64,000 nt of DNA, taken from NCBI GenBank assembly GCA_008632985.1, contig QPGO01000070.1, positions 124,001 through 188,000 of the forward strand. The letters are read 5' to 3'. Numbering within the stretch: the stretch's first letter is position 1; each line of letters begins with the position of its first letter. Position numbers and translations under genes: made by a program. The notes beneath the pieces were generated by a model. That model was not told the DNA's origin and ran no database searches. It saw only the letters and a list, made by a program, of their open reading frames with translations. Below are positions 61,138 through 64,000 of the stretch, one piece after another. The DNA is from Psammoneis japonica. Taxonomy: Eukaryota.

Positions 61138-64000
61138 TTATTGGCTGACATTCCAGCACAAATCTCCTACTCCAGGTTTGAAAGAAAGAACTACCAACAA
61201 CAGATACTGCCCTTCCATCCAAAACTCTGCAACACAAACGACCGCTGCGTTTCCGGAACGAGGCCGCATATTCTTTTTCGAGCCATCTGACGGAGTCGAA
61301 TCAATTCTCTGCTGAAATGTCCACACCCCTCGGTCTCCGTAGTTGTCATCAGCCCCTCTAAGTCGATGCAATGGCCCGCCTTCTGCGATTGGCAAATCCT
61401 CGCACAGTAGGTATCGTCTCGTGGCTTTGTTGACAAGCGTCCACCCATGGTGTGTGGAGAGACGCACCATTGAGATTTGCTTGGACAGACTCCGCGTTGC
61501 CTTCGTGATTCAAAGTCTCAATGACGGGAGCATGATCTGCTCCTTTTCTGCCCCACGTTGGTGCTGGATCAGATGCCCAGGGCAGGAAAGCTTCATGTTC
61601 TTTTTTTGTTCGCACGAAATGACCCAACAACCTTCGCTTGTCCTGTTCATGACAAAATAGGCTCCTTTGCCTTGTGTCGGGACTGCGAACACCTCGAAGC
61701 CTTCTGACACGGACAGGTACAAGCTGCGGCTAGACGTTTTTTGCATCAGCGTTACTCTTTTCCCCTCGAAATCAAAGGAATCTCTTGGCTCCGGCGGTGG
61801 TAGAGGAGCAAGCTTCACAATCCTCCAGCTCGCTCGTTCTTCGTAATTTTCGTCAGCATCATGACAGGTTTGTAACTTGGGATAATATTGTAGCCTGCGC
61901 CTTTGCAACGAAACTCAAACGTACATTCAAACTGATCACCTTGATCAGAGAGGTCGAAAGTGCTCCATCATAACGCAAATACGAGCCTTTGAAGCGCCGA
62001 ATGAATCTTGTACCTCATCCCACCCATCCACACAAGATGCCATTTCTCCCAAGCCTCGTCCCATTTGACACCACCCACCGTCGTGCTACCTCGCGCGCTG
62101 AGGTATATCCCATAGTTTCGTTGCTTGAAACTGCACAAACCGTTTGGGTGTCTGATAAGGGTCCATCCAGCAATATACTTCACGCCATCAACGTTGGAAA
62201 AAACTTCTCCCTTACCCTTTACATCCAGCATCATTTGGGATGATCTCGCTGCTAGCGGGTGGATAAAAAAGTAGCCGCTAATAAGTATTTCCCCGAGTTC
62301 AAGTCTACGTTCCTCTCTTCCGCTGGAAAGTCGCGTTTGCCGTCGGCGGCTAAGACCGACCCTCCGGATGAGATGTATCGTTGAGTCAACTTGTTCACGA
62401 AAGTGAACACGTTATCATTTTTTCTAGAATCTGACTTTTGTGCGTACCATAGCTCGCTACCGTCGTTTACGTCCCGTCAGTCTCCTTGCACGCCTTCGGA
62501 GTCATTTGCTGCGACCTTTCAAACCCTCGCTCTTCCGCAGGTGCGCTGTTTGAGACGACAATACGCTTGTTTTCTATGTTTTTGATGACATAGCTATCAT
62601 CTTTTTCATCAATGGTGAACAGCGCTGTCCCGCAAAAGTTGTATTGCGACCCTTGCAAATCCTTCTGTGGCTTCTAGTAGCATTCTGAAAATTGGAAAAG
62701 TTGCCAGCAAGATAAAGGTTGGTCTTTACATTCACGAAAAAGACAGGAACTCCCAATAGCTCCTTTGGGATCTCCAAGCGTTTGGAAGGCTCATCGAGAA
62801 GACGTTTCCTGACGTAAATATTCGATCCGTCGGGCAGGTATTGAAATTTGTCCCCTGTCTGCACGTAAACAACGCTCGTATTTTTCTTAAACATGTACTG
62901 ATAAAACCCTTTCTTGCTCGGATCTTTCTCTAACTTCTTGACGTCGATCTTGGGGGCTATAGCTATTCCCACCCCGAATGTGTCGTCCTGTAACCACTGG
63001 ACTTCGTATGGTTGATAGGAAAGAGAAGAACAATTGATTCTACTCAACGCACCGGTCGTCCTTCTTCCCGAAACTTGCGACCGAAAAGACTCGAGCCATC
63101 GATCTCCTTTGATCGTGGTAATTCTAAACTCGTTGTAACCAGGAACAGCGTCGCTGAAAGGAATGCTCCAGTGACTAGAATCGTCCCATTTGCTAGATTC
63201 GTCGTCTTTAGTTCCATACTCGAGTTCTCCCTTTAAGTAGTCAAAACCATGCGGGGCGAATTCGTCACTGCCAGGCGGAACATGTCTCACCTTTGTCCAG
63301 TTCTTTTCTTTCGGATCCAATAGCAAAGCTGCTCGCATGCAAGGCCAACCAATCCACCTGTATGGAACGATTCGAACATATCTCGCAACTATCTCCCCAA
63401 AGAGGATTCTGAACTTCGAACCATTGTGCGGGCGAGCTCGGCAGTTCGTCGCAAAAACTTTATCATCATGATCACCCACAGTAACATATTTCCAATCAGC
63501 ATCACTTGCACCATTCGCTTTGGTCTGGATGGTGACATGCGTTGCACGATCCGGGCTGTCGTTAGCGGACCCTTGAACAACAATACCCACCAGCTTGACA
63601 TCTCTTTCGGCATCTATCTGGATCCAGCTCCCAACAGCTTGCTTTGGATTGAAAGTCAAATCAAAGTCAACCATTGATCCGTTCTGTACATCGCTTCTGG
63701 GCTCCCCGTACTGCCGAAAGGTTTCATCGGGATTATGTTCGACACTGTCATGAGGCTCAAAATATCGCAAGGCATTGTCAGGGATAAGAAGATCGGCTCG
63801 TAGAGCTAGACGACGGGCCTTGCTCTTGGATCCCGAGGATTCAGTCGGGATGACCAGCCGAACAACAGTTGCTTCACAAGGTTGCTTAAAAAACACATAC
63901 TCGCGTTGTCCCGGCCGAGTGTGTGTGACGATAATCCGTTCTCAATCGTTTTAAAGTCTTTTTCGCCGGCCTCTTCTTTGATTTGTACCTCGATCTTTGT
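61138..64000 (-). CDS. 3' part of a large multidomain protein (F5/8 type C discoidin domain plus possible beta-trefoil repeats), broken by several frameshifts; starts outside the window
   Basis: SWIQID...GIVVQG...ARYVRIVPYRWIGWPCMRAAL discoidin signature. Downstream ORFs repeat an NxxTxxYL / W pattern. Confidence 0.6.

Overview
Eukaryotic nuclear DNA, very probably from a pennate diatom. The evidence is short GT-AG introns, bipartite plastid presequences with an ASAF-type motif and a diatom-type membrane-anchored LRR gene. About 18 ordinary genes and a tRNA-Val alternate with six sharply bounded blocks (about 1-2.2, 10.5-16.2, 17.8-19.0, 30.1-31.8, 34.1-49.8 and 57.4-58.2 kb) made of transposon remnants, captured gene copies and unassigned degenerate sequence. 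The main signal is that these blocks have lost not only CpG but almost all TpA, both converted to TpG/CpA. A degenerate copy of two neighbouring intact genes and reciprocally mutated hairpins fix the direction as TA->TG/CA, i.e. A->G on either strand. This is the opposite of fungal RIP and is not explained by 5mC deamination, so it is a candidate undescribed repeat-directed hypermutation process. The second signal is that three unrelated signal-peptide genes share an identical first-exon junction, (I/V)PR^GG, with a phase-2 intron in the Arg codon. Also present are a 6.9-kb TIR element with DOT1-like methyltransferase and 2OG-Fe(II) dioxygenase cargo, a MITE family with 4-bp TSDs, a multi-kb inverted repeat around an unmutated AT-rich island, a kinase-GT90 fusion and a prokaryote-type SAH-hydrolase fragment. 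Several genes carry single-base frameshifts that look like assembly errors. All product calls come from motif recognition by eye, without database searches.
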